Origin: an uncultured Bacillota bacterium
Lineage (GTDB): Bacteria > Bacillota_I > Bacilli_A > RF39 > UBA660
Reading direction: 5' to 3'
Length of the DNA stretch: 40,539 nucleotides
NCBI GenBank assembly: GCA_946626905.1
Contig: CAMOVA010000003.1
Location: forward strand, 1 to 40,539
Position numbers and translations under genes: made by a program. The notes below the pieces were generated by a model. That model saw only the letters and a list, made by a program, of their open reading frames with translations. It did not search any database and was not told the DNA's origin. Of this stretch, positions 1 to 9,743 are shown piece after piece; the first letter of the stretch is position 1, and every line of letters starts with the position of its first letter.

Positions 1-11
1 TTAAAAATAAG

Positions 12-57
12 AAAAGAACTAACCCTAAAGATATTCCTTGGGGATAGTTCTTTTTTC
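12..57 (+). terminator. Intrinsic terminator of a gene upstream of the window
   Basis: Imperfect hairpin AAAAGAACTAACCCTAAAG-atatt-CCTTGGGGATAGTTCTTTT followed by a T-tract. Confidence 0.65.
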
Positions 58-70
58 TTTAAATAATAAG

Positions 71-98
71 TTGCTTTTTAAAAAAAAGGGGGTATAAT
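71..98 (+). promoter_or_regulatory. SigA-type promoter
   Basis: TTGCTT (71-76), 16-bp spacer, TATAAT (93-98); SD AGGTGA at 105-110. Confidence 0.55.
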
Positions 99-115
99 AA
101 AATTAGGTGATGTAT

Positions 116-910
116 ATGGGTAAAGAAATAATAAGGGTTGGTACTTTTAATGTTGAGAATAGCAAAGTAAATAGAGCGGGAGGATTAAGACCGGATGGTT
201 TAGATAATTCTGAATTATTAGCAAAAGAAATTCAAGGTTTTGATTTATTAGGTACTCAAGAATTGACTATGGGATTTGCTAATACTTTAAAATTGAAAAT
301 GGGTAAATACAAATTATATGGAGATTATAGATATGGGAAATTAACATCTAAGATACCATTATCAAATAAAATACCATCTAATGAAAATAACAATATAATT
401 ACAAATAAGAGTGTAATATTTAACAAAACAATAACACTACCTTGGATGTCAAAAAATATAAAAGATTTACCAGTTTCAATAACAAAGTTATCTATTTTAC
501 CATGTATTGCCACTATAGTTGTTGCTGTAGTTAATGGAGAAAAAATATGTATGATTAATACACATTTAGATTATCATGTTAAGTCTGTTCAAAAATTACA
601 ATTAGAAATGTTAAAAGATTTAATAAATAAATATAAGAAAGAATATTCGATTATATTAACGGGTGATTTTAATATGGAACTTAGTGATCTACAATTTAGC
701 AAGTTTGTTGATGATATAAAACCAGATTTACAACGTGTAGAAGTTGATGAAAAAACATGGCATGGTTCTTATGGACGCTCAGCTTGTGTAGATCATATAT
801 TTGTTTCAAATGATTATGAAATACAAGATAAAGGTATTATAAATTCAAATGGTGTTTCAGATCATGATATCGTATATGCTGATATAAAGAAAAAACAAAA
901 AAAGAACTAG
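116..910 (+). CDS. Endonuclease/exonuclease/phosphatase (EEP) family protein
   Basis: Motifs GTFNV, GTQE, NTHLD, LTGDFN, DHIF, SDHD; ATG 116 chosen for its spacing from AGGTGA. Confidence 0.85.
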   Translation: MGKEIIRVGTFNVENSKVNRAGGLRPDGLDNSELLAKEIQGFDLLGTQELTMGFANTLKLKMGKYKLYGDYRYGKLTSKIPLSNKIPSNENNNIITNKSVIFNKTITLPWMSKNIKDLPVSITKLSILPCIATIVVAVVNGEKICMINTHLDYHVKSVQKLQLEMLKDLINKYKKEYSIILTGDFNMELSDLQFSKFVDDIKPDLQRVEVDEKTWHGSYGRSACVDHIFVSNDYEIQDKGIINSNGVSDHDIVYADIKKKQKKN

Positions 911-930
911 ATGTTTAACTAGTTCTTTTT
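900..930 (+). terminator. Intrinsic terminator
   Basis: AAAGAACTAG-atgtttaa-CTAGTTCTTTTT. Confidence 0.7.
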
Positions 931-932
931 AC

Positions 933-961
933 TTGTTTAAAACATTTATAAATGATATAAT
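933..961 (+). promoter_or_regulatory. SigA-type promoter with extended -10
   Basis: TTGTTT, 17 bp, TGaTATAAT. Confidence 0.55.
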
Positions 962-994
962 AACTAAATAGATAAACAAAGAAGGAGATAATAT

Positions 995-1402
995 ATGATA
1001 GTTTTAGAAAAATATGATAAGAATAATTCATTACATGCAAAGGAATTAAATGCTGTTAATACAGAAAAAAAGGTAACTTATATGATAAAAGATATAGCAT
1101 TAGATAAAATAGTAGGATATATAAATGCTAGTAAGCAAATGAATGATTATTGTTCATTATATATATTTATAAAAGAAGAATATCGTAATAAAGGATATGC
1201 TAAATTAGCTCTTTATGTTATGGAGAGACTTGTTTCAGATTCTACTACTTTAGTAGCACGTCCTTATTTTTCAAATAAGGCTGCCAGCAAGATATTAAAA
1301 AAAGCAGGATTTGAATATGATGAAGAAATGGTTTTAGAAAATCAAAAAGAAGGTATGGATGATTTATCTTGTTATACAAAAAAAATAAAAATTAAGAAAT
1401 AA
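995..1402 (+). CDS. GNAT family N-acetyltransferase
   Basis: Acetyl-CoA motif EEYRNKGYA and NKAASKILKKAGF; SD AAGGAG. Confidence 0.8.
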   Translation: MIVLEKYDKNNSLHAKELNAVNTEKKVTYMIKDIALDKIVGYINASKQMNDYCSLYIFIKEEYRNKGYAKLALYVMERLVSDSTTLVARPYFSNKAASKILKKAGFEYDEEMVLENQKEGMDDLSCYTKKIKIKK

Positions 1403-1412
1403 TGGTGATAAT

Positions 1413-1871
1413 ATGAAAAGAATTTTTGGGGTTGCTTTTATAAGTGTTCTTGTAGATCAATTAATAAAACAATTAGTTATTAGACATTATGAATTTGCTC
1501 ATTCTGTTGATATAATACCTAATTTTTTTAGAATAACTTATTTAAAAAACACTGGTGCTGCTTTTAGTGTATTAATGGGTAACCAATTGTTTTTGATTTT
1601 TGTAACCTTAGGATTTCTATCATTGATTTATTTTTTCTTTATTAAAGGTCAAAAATTAAATAAACTTGAAATGTATTTATATGGCTTTTTAATTGGAGGA
1701 GCACTTAGCAATTTAATTGATAGGATACACTATAATTATGTTATTGATTATCTAGATTTTAATATTGGTGATTATAATTATCCTGTATTTAATTTTGCTG
1801 ATATTTGTATTGTTATTAGTATAATAGGTTTAATAGTTTTGAATGTAAGAGGTAATAGTAATGGAAATTAA
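1413..1871 (+). CDS. lspA: Lipoprotein signal peptidase II
   Basis: DQLIK, NTGAAFS, GGALSNLIDR, VIDYL, PVFNFAD; adjacent to rluD as in other Firmicutes. Confidence 0.95.
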   Translation: MKRIFGVAFISVLVDQLIKQLVIRHYEFAHSVDIIPNFFRITYLKNTGAAFSVLMGNQLFLIFVTLGFLSLIYFFFIKGQKLNKLEMYLYGFLIGGALSNLIDRIHYNYVIDYLDFNIGDYNYPVFNFADICIVISIIGLIVLNVRGNSNGN

Positions 1872-2751
1872 AGTGGATGATATAGAAAATGTTAGAATTG
1901 ATCATTATTTAGTTGATAAAGTAGATTATAGTAGAAGTAAAATAGAAAAACTTATTAAAGAAGGTCATATTAAAGTAAATAATGATATTGTTAAAAAGAG
2001 TTATTTATTACATATGAATGATATTATTTATATTGATGAAGATATAAATGATGAAATAGATATTGTTCCTGAAAAAATGGATTTAGATATAGTATATGAA
2101 GATGATGATTTATTAGTTGTAAATAAGCCAAATGGTATGGTTGTTCATCCAGCACCTGGTAATTATCATCATACTTTAGTTAATGGGTTAATGTATCATT
2201 CATCTTTAAGTAGTATTAATGGTGAATTTAGACCAGGAATTGTTCACAGAATTGATGCATATACAACAGGACTTTTAGTGGTTGCTAAAAATGATAAAGC
2301 TCATATGTCTTTAGCTAAACAACTAGAAGAAAAAACTACATATAGAGAATATATAGCGTTAGTTTGGGGTGTTATAAATACTGATACAGGAACTATAGAT
2401 GCACCAATAGGTAGAGATGCAAAAGATAGAAAAAAAATGTCTGTAACAGACGTTAATTCTAAACATGCAATAACTCATTTTAAAGTGCTAGAAAGATACA
2501 GTAATGCAACATTAATACAATTAAATCTAGAAACTGGAAGAACACATCAAATTAGAGTTCATATGAATTATATAGGTTATCCAGTAGTTAATGATCCTGT
2601 TTACGGTAGAAGAAAACTAATAGATGATACAGGCCAATGTTTACATGCCAAGAAGTTAGGATTCACACATCCAACGACTGGTAAATATATGGAATTTGAA
2701 TGTGAATTACCAGAATGTTTTGTTAATATACTTAATCAATTTAAAGATTAA
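1861..2751 (+). CDS. rluD: RluA/RluD family 23S rRNA pseudouridine synthase
   Basis: N-terminal S4 domain, NKPNGMVVHP, GIVHRID (catalytic Asp), LETGRTHQIRVH. Confidence 0.92.
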   Translation: MEIKVDDIENVRIDHYLVDKVDYSRSKIEKLIKEGHIKVNNDIVKKSYLLHMNDIIYIDEDINDEIDIVPEKMDLDIVYEDDDLLVVNKPNGMVVHPAPGNYHHTLVNGLMYHSSLSSINGEFRPGIVHRIDAYTTGLLVVAKNDKAHMSLAKQLEEKTTYREYIALVWGVINTDTGTIDAPIGRDAKDRKKMSVTDVNSKHAITHFKVLERYSNATLIQLNLETGRTHQIRVHMNYIGYPVVNDPVYGRRKLIDDTGQCLHAKKLGFTHPTTGKYMEFECELPECFVNILNQFKD

Positions 2752-3187
2752 TCACATATATTGATAAACTTAGTATGGTCGCATATATTAAAAATAAAGT
2801 GTAAGGTATTAAGAACTTAGATGCTTTTTCACTTATTTTTTTAGTTTCATAGTATAAAAATGTAGAAGTAATGAATGTTAAAAGACAAATGATAAAACTT
2901 AAAAATGTATTTTTAATACAGAAGAATGAAATTGTGTAAAGTTGATTAAAAATATAGTTTAAAAGTAGTGTTAATTTATAATCTTTGGTAAAATATTTAT
3001 TGGAGATTATCACAATACTTATACTTATTAAACTATATAGTATAAACCATGTGATTCCAAATAAGCTTTGTGGTAAAGCAAAACTAGGAATGTTTATTTC
3101 ATTAAAGTAACTATAATCATTACAAATTAAAACATTTAAAAACCAAGGAAGTAAAAATAAAATAAACTTAATTATGTTTTTTATCAT
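2741..3187 (-). CDS. tspO: TspO/MBR family membrane protein
   Basis: Five hydrophobic segments; PSFALPQSLFGITWFILY, LNYIFNQLY, LIPY motifs; SD AGGTGA on the minus strand. Confidence 0.75.
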   Translation of the reverse strand: MIKNIIKFILFLLPWFLNVLICNDYSYFNEINIPSFALPQSLFGITWFILYSLISISIVIISNKYFTKDYKLTLLLNYIFNQLYTISFFCIKNTFLSFIICLLTFITSTFLYYETKKISEKASKFLIPYTLFLIYATILSLSIYVINL

Positions 3188-3244
3188 AGTATCACCTAAT
3201 AAATTATATTAGTTTGATATGGTAATATTACAAGGAGGATTAGT

Positions 3245-4390
3245 ATGGAAGAATTTTTAATAGATAAAAATGAAGAAACTGTTATGAAACTACTTCATTA
3301 CTTTATTACTGAAAAAAATTATAATCCTATTGTTTTACATGGTGCAAAAAATGAAATATGGCTAGAAAATATGGAAACAAATTCTTATGAAATAATTAGA
3401 ATTGTTACTAATTATATTCATAATAATGAACAATTAAATTTTGATTTATATAGGACTAAACAAATAACAAAAAGAATAAAGAAGAAAACTTTTTCTATGA
3501 ATATGGATGTTCTAAGTATATTTTTAAATTTAAATGATAATGTAGATATAAATGGAGTAAATGTTAATCATATTGACTGTGCATCTTTAAAAGACATTAA
3601 CGATTTAAATAAATATGATTTTATAATTAAAAATTTTCCTAATATAATTGAACTTACAACATTTGAAGAAAAAGATTTAAATTTATTTATGAAAATAACA
3701 AGTGACATTAATAAAAAAAATGAACAAGAAACATATAAGGCAGAAGATATATTTAGAAAAAAAATCCCATTTGTTACTTACTTTTTAATAGCAATTAATA
3801 TACTTGTGTTTGTTCTTATGTATGTGTTAGGTAATGGAAGCGAAAATGTTGACACTTTAGTTGATTTTGGAGCTTTATATAAACCATTAGTTCAAGAAGG
3901 AGAGTATTATAGACTTATAAGTTGTGCTTTCTTACATATAGGAATTTTTCATTTATTGTTTAATATGTATGCACTATATATAGTTGGTACACAAATAGAA
4001 AACTTTTATGGTAAGCGTAAATATTTATTAATATATTTCTTTAGTGCTTTAGTTGGATCAATACTATCATGTTTATTTACTGATGGGGTATCCGCAGGAG
4101 CAAGTGGAGCAATATTTGGTTTATTTGGCTCACTTTTATATTTTGGATATCATTACCGTGCATATTTAGGTGAAACAATAAGATCTCAAATAGTACCAAT
4201 TTTACTATTTAATTTTGCTTTAGGTTTTATGGTTTCTGGAATAGATGTATCAGCTCATTTTGGTGGTTTAATAGGTGGTGTATTAATGTCTATGATTGTA
4301 GGTGTAAAATATAGATCATCTATGTCTGAAAGAATAAATGGTATAATCATTTCTATAATGTTTTTAGGTTTCTTATTTTATTTAATGTAA
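3245..4390 (+). CDS. Rhomboid family intramembrane serine protease with soluble N-terminal domain (YqgP/GluP-like)
   Basis: YYRL..FLH, HLLFN, GASGAIFG (Ser), AHFGGLIGG (His). Confidence 0.9.
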   Translation: MEEFLIDKNEETVMKLLHYFITEKNYNPIVLHGAKNEIWLENMETNSYEIIRIVTNYIHNNEQLNFDLYRTKQITKRIKKKTFSMNMDVLSIFLNLNDNVDINGVNVNHIDCASLKDINDLNKYDFIIKNFPNIIELTTFEEKDLNLFMKITSDINKKNEQETYKAEDIFRKKIPFVTYFLIAINILVFVLMYVLGNGSENVDTLVDFGALYKPLVQEGEYYRLISCAFLHIGIFHLLFNMYALYIVGTQIENFYGKRKYLLIYFFSALVGSILSCLFTDGVSAGASGAIFGLFGSLLYFGYHYRAYLGETIRSQIVPILLFNFALGFMVSGIDVSAHFGGLIGGVLMSMIVGVKYRSSMSERINGIIISIMFLGFLFYLM

Positions 4391-4422
4391 AGTGTTAACT
4401 ATAGTAAAGTTACACTTTTTTT
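4389..4422 (+). terminator. Intrinsic terminator
   Basis: AAAGTGTTAACT-atagtaa-AGTTACACTTTTTTT. Confidence 0.65.
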
Positions 4423-4469
4423 CTTTAAAAAATAATAGTATTATGCTATAATTATAATTAGGTGATGAT

Positions 4470-5559
4470 ATGCAAATGTATGAATTATTAAATCAGTATA
4501 AAGAATTAGATAAAAAAGCCTTAGATTTATGGAGGTCACTTTGAACCAGAAAAAAAGGAATTTAGAATAAAAGAACTTGAAGAAAAAATAAGTGATCCTA
4601 ATTTTTGGAATGATAAACAAGAAAGTGAAAAAACTATCAATGAGTTAAATTATTTAAAGAATAATTTAAATGATATAAATGAATTAAAAAATAAAATAAC
4701 TAGTAATATAGAATTATTACAAGTAATTGATGAAACTGATGAATTAAAAGATGTTATTGAAAATGATTTATCTCCAATAACAGATAAGATTAAAGAATTA
4801 GAAGTAACATTTTTATTAAATGGTCCATATGATTCGATGGATGCTATTATGGAAATACATCCAGGAGCAGGAGGAACAGAATCTTGTGATTGGGCATCAA
4901 TGTTATATAGAATGTATACAAGATACTTTGAAAAAAAGAATTATAAATATGAAATTATCGATTATCAAGATGGTGAAGAAGCAGGTTTAAAAAGCGTATC
5001 AATAATTATACACGGTATAAATGCTTATGGGTATTTAAAATGTGAAAAGGGAGTTCATAGATTAGTTAGAATATCACCTTTTGATTCTAATAAAAGAAGA
5101 CATACATCATTTGCTTCTGTTGATGTAACGCCACTGTTTAATGAGAATGTTAATGTGGAAATTAACGATGCTGATTTAAAAATTGATGTATATAGAAGTA
5201 GTGGTAAAGGTGGACAAGGAGTAAATACAACTGATAGTGCAGTTAGAATTACGCATCTACCAACAAAGATAGTAGTAACTTGTCAAAATGAAAGAAGTCA
5301 AATTAAAAATAAAGAAATTGCAATGAATGTATTAAAGAACAAATTATATAAATTGGAACTTGAACAAAAAGAAAAAGAATTAAAAGAAATAAAAGGAGAT
5401 TTATCAGATATAAATTTTGGTTCACAAATCAGAAGTTATGTTATGCATCCATATTCTTTAGTAAAAGATAACAGAACTGGTACAGAAGAACATGATGTTA
5501 AAAAAGTTTTAGATGGTGATATTGATAAATTTATATATGATAATCTAAATAGGAGGTAA
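4470..5559 (+). CDS. prfB: Peptide chain release factor 2, expressed through a programmed +1 frameshift (4470-4541 joined to 4543-5559)
   Basis: ATG 4470 opens 24 codons ending CTT-TGA. The +1 frame (EPEKKEFRIKELEEKISDPNFWND...) runs into the listed ORF, which carries the RISPFD (SPF) and GGQ motifs. Confidence 0.95.
4531..4545 (+). promoter_or_regulatory. prfB programmed +1 frameshift signal
   Basis: Internal SD GGAGG (4531-4535), 3 nt, then CTT TGA A (4539-4545). Confidence 0.92.
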
Positions 5560-5561
5560 AT

Positions 5562-6434
5562 ATGCTTTTTTATAAGAAGAATAAAGATATTCTTAACATG
5601 ATAAACAAAGAACATAAGATTTTTAGATTTATACAATTTTTAATAGGTGTATTTATTATTTCAGTAGCATTTAATTTATTCATTTTACCATGTAACTTAG
5701 TTTATGGTGTAAGTGGAATGGGTGTTATGTTAAAAAAATTATATAATATTAATCCATCTGTAGTTATTTTAATTGGGAATGCTTTTTTACTTTTAGTAAG
5801 TTTAGTTTTCTTGGGTTCAGAAAAAACTAAACATACTATTTTGGGCGCTATGATATATCCAATTATGATTGCGCTAACAGCTTGGGTTCCTGATGTTGTT
5901 GAAATAAGTATGAAAGATACATTGGTTGTAGTTCTATTTGGAGCTGTTATTTCAGGTTTTGGATATGGTTTAATTTTTAAAGCTGGTTATACAACAGGTG
6001 GAACTGATATTTTAAATGAAATAGTTGTTAAATATGCAAAAACTTCAATGGGTAATGCAATGCTATTTGTTGATGGTTTTGTATTAATGTTAGGTGTATT
6101 TGTGTTTGGGTTTACAAAAATAATGTATTCAATCATCGCACTTTATATAATTAGTTTAATGACAGATAAAGTTATGATAGGTATATCAAGTACTAAATCA
6201 TTCTTTATTATTACTTCTAAAGAGAAGGAAGTAAAAGACTATATATTAAATGAAATGGGACATGGAGTAACTTCATTAGAAGGAAAAGGAGCTTTTTCTG
6301 GTAATAAACAAGCTGTACTTATGTGTGTTATACCAACAAAAGAGTATTTCCTTGCTAAGGAAGGTATTCATACAATAGATAAAAATGCATTCTTTGTGGT
6401 TGCAGATGCATATGAAGTATATGGGAATAAATAG
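5562..6434 (+). CDS. YitT family membrane protein (YvjA-like)
   Basis: GVSG, GYTTGGTDI, GHGVT..G.GAFSG, IDKNAF motifs; lies between prfB and ftsE as in Bacillus. Confidence 0.85.
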   Translation: MLFYKKNKDILNMINKEHKIFRFIQFLIGVFIISVAFNLFILPCNLVYGVSGMGVMLKKLYNINPSVVILIGNAFLLLVSLVFLGSEKTKHTILGAMIYPIMIALTAWVPDVVEISMKDTLVVVLFGAVISGFGYGLIFKAGYTTGGTDILNEIVVKYAKTSMGNAMLFVDGFVLMLGVFVFGFTKIMYSIIALYIISLMTDKVMIGISSTKSFFIITSKEKEVKDYILNEMGHGVTSLEGKGAFSGNKQAVLMCVIPTKEYFLAKEGIHTIDKNAFFVVADAYEVYGNK

Positions 6435-6443
6435 GAGGTAATT

Positions 6444-7151
6444 ATGGATTTAATAGCTTTACAAAATGTAAGAAAACAGTATAAAACTGGTGTAGTAGCG
6501 ATACATGATTTATCATTAAATATTGAAAAAGGAGATTTTGTTTTTGTAATAGGATCAACTGGATGTGGTAAATCAACATTAATTAAAATGTTATATAGAG
6601 AAGAAAAACCTACTAAAGGAAAAATAATAGTAGGTGGAATAGATGTTGCTAAATTAAGAAATAGCAAAGTTTATAAATTAAGAAGAAAAATAGGTGTTGT
6701 TTTTCAAGATTATAAATTATTAAATAAATCTACAGCATATGAAAATGTAGCTTTTGCTTTAGAGGTTTTAGGATTACCAAAAGATGAAATACATGATAAA
6801 GTAATAAAGGCTTTAGAACTTGTAGGACTTAAAAATAAAGCAAAACAATATCCACTTAATTTAAGTGGAGGGGAACAACAAAGGGTAGCGATTGCCAGAG
6901 CAATAGTTAATGGACCTAAGTTACTTATATGTGATGAACCAACAGGAAACTTAGATGAAAATACTAGTTTAGAAATAATGAGTGTATTAGAAGAAATTAA
7001 TAAATTAGGAACAACAATTATTATGGTTACTCATGATACAACAATTGTTAAAAAATACAAGAAACGTACAATTTTATTAGATAGTGGTAGAATTTTAAAA
7101 GATTATAAGAAAGGAACATATGGTAATGAAAGCAATAAGAATACTAAGTAG
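6444..7151 (+). CDS. ftsE: Cell division ABC ATP-binding protein FtsE
   Basis: Walker A GSTGCGKS, VFQDYKLL, LSGGEQQRV, DEPTGNLD; precedes ftsX. Confidence 0.93.
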   Translation: MDLIALQNVRKQYKTGVVAIHDLSLNIEKGDFVFVIGSTGCGKSTLIKMLYREEKPTKGKIIVGGIDVAKLRNSKVYKLRRKIGVVFQDYKLLNKSTAYENVAFALEVLGLPKDEIHDKVIKALELVGLKNKAKQYPLNLSGGEQQRVAIARAIVNGPKLLICDEPTGNLDENTSLEIMSVLEEINKLGTTIIMVTHDTTIVKKYKKRTILLDSGRILKDYKKGTYGNESNKNTK

Positions 7152-8025
7152 AAATATTAGAGATTCATTTAAAAGTGTATTTAGAAATTTTTCTCTTTCT
7201 TTAGCAAGTATTTCTTGTATTACAATTACTTTAATAGTTGTTGCTATTTCAATGGTTTTATCACTAAATGTTAATAGATTTACAGAATTAGTAGAAAAGG
7301 ATGTAACTATAGTAGCGTTCTTAGATTTAGAAACAAATGATGTTGAGATTAATGATATTAGTCAAAAATTAAAAGGTTTAAATAATGTTGAAAGCGTAAA
7401 ATTTAAATCAAAACAATCAATATCAGAAGATATGATGGCATCAAGTGAAACTTTTAAAAATATTATGTCTGAATGGTCAGAAGCAGAAAGTCCAATTCAA
7501 GATACTTTTCAAGTAAAGGTGAAAGATATTAAGTTAATTGGTAAAACTGCAGATGAAATAAAAGCTATTGAAAAAGTAGATGTTGTAAAATATGGTGAAG
7601 GAATGGTTGAAGAATTAGTATCTATATTTGATATAGTTCGTAGAGCAAGCTTTATAGCAGTAGTTGCTTTAATTGTTGTAACTGCATTCTTAATCATAAA
7701 CACAATAAAAATAACTATTTTTTCAAGAAAAAGAGAAATTGAAATTATGAGACTTGTAGGGGCATCTAATTTAAATATTAAAATTCCATTTATTATAGAA
7801 GGTTTAATATTAGGTGTTTTGGGTTCAATAATTCCTATAATAGCTACATGTTATGGTTATACTGCGATTTATGATAAATTAGGTGGCAAATTATTCTCTG
7901 ATTTAATTAAAATGATAAAACCAGCGCCTTTTATATATTTTATATCATTAGTACTTTTAATAATAGGTATGATAGTAGGTATGTTTGGTTCTTTAAGAGC
8001 AGTTAAGAAATATTTAAAAATATGA
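7120..8025 (+). CDS. ftsX: Cell division permease FtsX
   Basis: Four TM segments, large extracellular loop, NTIKITIFSRKREIEIMRLVGAS; start may be 7126. Confidence 0.92.
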   Translation: MVMKAIRILSRNIRDSFKSVFRNFSLSLASISCITITLIVVAISMVLSLNVNRFTELVEKDVTIVAFLDLETNDVEINDISQKLKGLNNVESVKFKSKQSISEDMMASSETFKNIMSEWSEAESPIQDTFQVKVKDIKLIGKTADEIKAIEKVDVVKYGEGMVEELVSIFDIVRRASFIAVVALIVVTAFLIINTIKITIFSRKREIEIMRLVGASNLNIKIPFIIEGLILGVLGSIIPIIATCYGYTAIYDKLGGKLFSDLIKMIKPAPFIYFISLVLLIIGMIVGMFGSLRAVKKYLKI

Positions 8026-8060
8026 TTTATATCATATTTTTTTTTATGCTTCATAAAATT
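8016..8060 (+). promoter_or_regulatory. ftsX terminator overlapping a candidate SigE/SigK-type promoter for yabG
   Basis: Hairpin AAAAATATGAT-ttat-ATCATATTTTT; TCATATT (8032-8038), 13 bp, CATAAAAT (8052-8059). Confidence 0.4.
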
Positions 8061-8073
8061 AACTGGTGATGTT

Positions 8074-8847
8074 ATGGATTTTAATATAGGGGATATTGTT
8101 ACTAGGAATTCTTATAATAATGATACATTATTTAAAATAATTGATATTAAAGATGATATTTATTTTTTAGTAGGAATTAATGTAAGATTATGTGCTGATG
8201 CATATAAAGATGATTTGAAATTATATGATGATGATTTAAGACTTGATGAAGAATTTTTAAGTGATATAAAAAAGAATAATTTAAATAGAAATGATTATTT
8301 TTATTTACCTGGTAAGATTCTTCATATTGATAGTGATAAAGATTATTTAAATAGATGTTTAAAGTATTATGAAGGTTTTAATATAATGGCTCAAGGTATA
8401 TATTTATTAGAAAATCAAATGCCTATTAAAATAAAAGAACTATTAGAAAAATATAATCCAGATATTGTTGTTATAACAGGTCATGATGCTTATTATAAAA
8501 AAAGAGGTGATGAATCAATATCTTCATATAAAAATAGTTTATTTTTTAAACAAGCTATAGAAGAAGCTAGAAAATATGAAAAGAGTCATGAAAAATTAGT
8601 TATTATTGCAGGTGGATGTCAATCTGATTATGAAGAATTAATAAAGGCAGGTGCTAATTTCGCATCTAGTCCTAAAAGAATAAATATTCATGCATTAGAT
8701 CCGGCGATAGTTGCTACTAAAATGAGTTTGTCTGATGTAACAAATGATATAGATCTTAAAGATGTTTTAGAAAATACTAAATATGGTTCAAAAGGTATAG
8801 GTGGAATTATCACTAAAGGTACAATGCATGTTGGATATCCAAGATAG
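8074..8847 (+). CDS. yabG: Sporulation peptidase YabG
   Basis: GDIVTRNSYNND, PGKILHID, ITGHD, AGGCQS (catalytic Cys), GANFASSPKRINIHALDP; followed by veg. Confidence 0.93.
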   Translation: MDFNIGDIVTRNSYNNDTLFKIIDIKDDIYFLVGINVRLCADAYKDDLKLYDDDLRLDEEFLSDIKKNNLNRNDYFYLPGKILHIDSDKDYLNRCLKYYEGFNIMAQGIYLLENQMPIKIKELLEKYNPDIVVITGHDAYYKKRGDESISSYKNSLFFKQAIEEARKYEKSHEKLVIIAGGCQSDYEELIKAGANFASSPKRINIHALDPAIVATKMSLSDVTNDIDLKDVLENTKYGSKGIGGIITKGTMHVGYPR

Positions 8848-8855
8848 GAGGTAAT

Positions 8856-9068
8856 ATGACAACTTCTAAAATTAAAGACAAATTAAATGATTATATAGGA
8901 AAAGAAGTACTTATAAAATGTGATTTAGGGAGAAATAAATATGAAGAATATAATGCGGTTATAGATAACTTATATAATCATGTTTTTACGGTAAAATTAT
9001 ATGATAATTATATTAAATCTTTTTCGTATATTGATGTAATAACAAAAACAGTTAAAATTGAATTTTAG
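8856..9068 (+). CDS. veg: Veg family protein
   Basis: IGKEV...GRNK...Y.HVF.V...SFSYIDVITKTV; yabG-veg synteny. Confidence 0.88.
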   Translation: MTTSKIKDKLNDYIGKEVLIKCDLGRNKYEEYNAVIDNLYNHVFTVKLYDNYIKSFSYIDVITKTVKIEF

Positions 9069-9071
9069 ATA

Positions 9072-9100
9072 TTGATTTTATTTTGATTATAGGTTAAAAT
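9072..9100 (+). promoter_or_regulatory. SigA-type promoter for spoVG
   Basis: TTGATT, 17 bp, TAAAAT. Confidence 0.5.
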
Positions 9101-9132
9101 TAAATTAGAACAAGACTGAAGGGAGATATGGT

Positions 9133-9396
9133 ATGAAAATAACATCTGTTAACGTTAAAGTTTCTGACAAAGAAGATTCAAAAATGAAAGGTATTGCTTC
9201 TGTTTTATTAGATGATTGTTTTGCAATTCATGATATTAGAATTATTGAAGGTGAAAAAGGTTTATTTATAGCTATGCCAAGTCGTAAAACTTCAAGTGGT
9301 GAATATAGAGATATTGCACACCCAATTACACCAGAATGCCGTAAGATGTTTGAAGATGCTGTGCTTGAAGCATATAATAAAGAATTAAACGCATAA
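9133..9396 (+). CDS. spoVG: Septation regulator / RNA-binding protein SpoVG
   Basis: MKIT.V...FAIHDIRIIEGEKGLFIAMPSRK...GEYRDIAHPI. Confidence 0.96.
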   Translation: MKITSVNVKVSDKEDSKMKGIASVLLDDCFAIHDIRIIEGEKGLFIAMPSRKTSSGEYRDIAHPITPECRKMFEDAVLEAYNKELNA

Positions 9397-9408
9397 TGCG
9401 TTTTTTTT
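9388..9408 (+). terminator. Intrinsic terminator
   Basis: AAACGCAT-a-ATGCGTTTTTTTT. Confidence 0.6.
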
Positions 9409-9452
9409 GTAATATTTTTTAATTGTAAGAATATATTTTATTGGGTGATAAT

Positions 9453-9743
9453 ATGGAAAATACTAGTAGTGTTAATCTTGGAAGTCATAATATTGCTATT
9501 TCGGAAAGAAAGAATATGGTAATAAATGGTGTTAAAAAAATTGATAGTTTTGATGAAGAAGAATTTTTGATTGAAACTACTATGGGTTATTTGTTTTTAA
9601 AGGGTGAAGGATTAGAAATTGTTAAACTTGATACATATCAAGGTAATGTTTCAATTAAAGGTAAAATAAATAGCTTTAATTATGTTGAAAGTGCTACTAA
9701 AAGAGAAAAGGAACCATCACTAATAGGTAAGTTATTTAAATGA
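9453..9743 (+). CDS. yabP: Sporulation protein YabP
   Basis: H.I.I.ERK.M.I.GVKKIDSFDEEEFLIETTMGYL...GEGL, C-terminal GKLFK; ATG 9453 follows GGGTGA. Confidence 0.92.
   Translation: MENTSSVNLGSHNIAISERKNMVINGVKKIDSFDEEEFLIETTMGYLFLKGEGLEIVKLDTYQGNVSIKGKINSFNYVESATKREKEPSLIGKLFK

Noticed and set aside
12-930. Similar AAAAGAACTA/TAGTTCTTTT stems on both sides of the EEP gene as mobile-element ends
   Set aside because: Both are explained as intrinsic terminators; the shared part is short and A/T-rich, with no target duplication or transposase.
4837-5559. prfB as a truncated gene or pseudogene starting at 4837
   Set aside because: The upstream part is present and joined by the canonical +1 frameshift signal.
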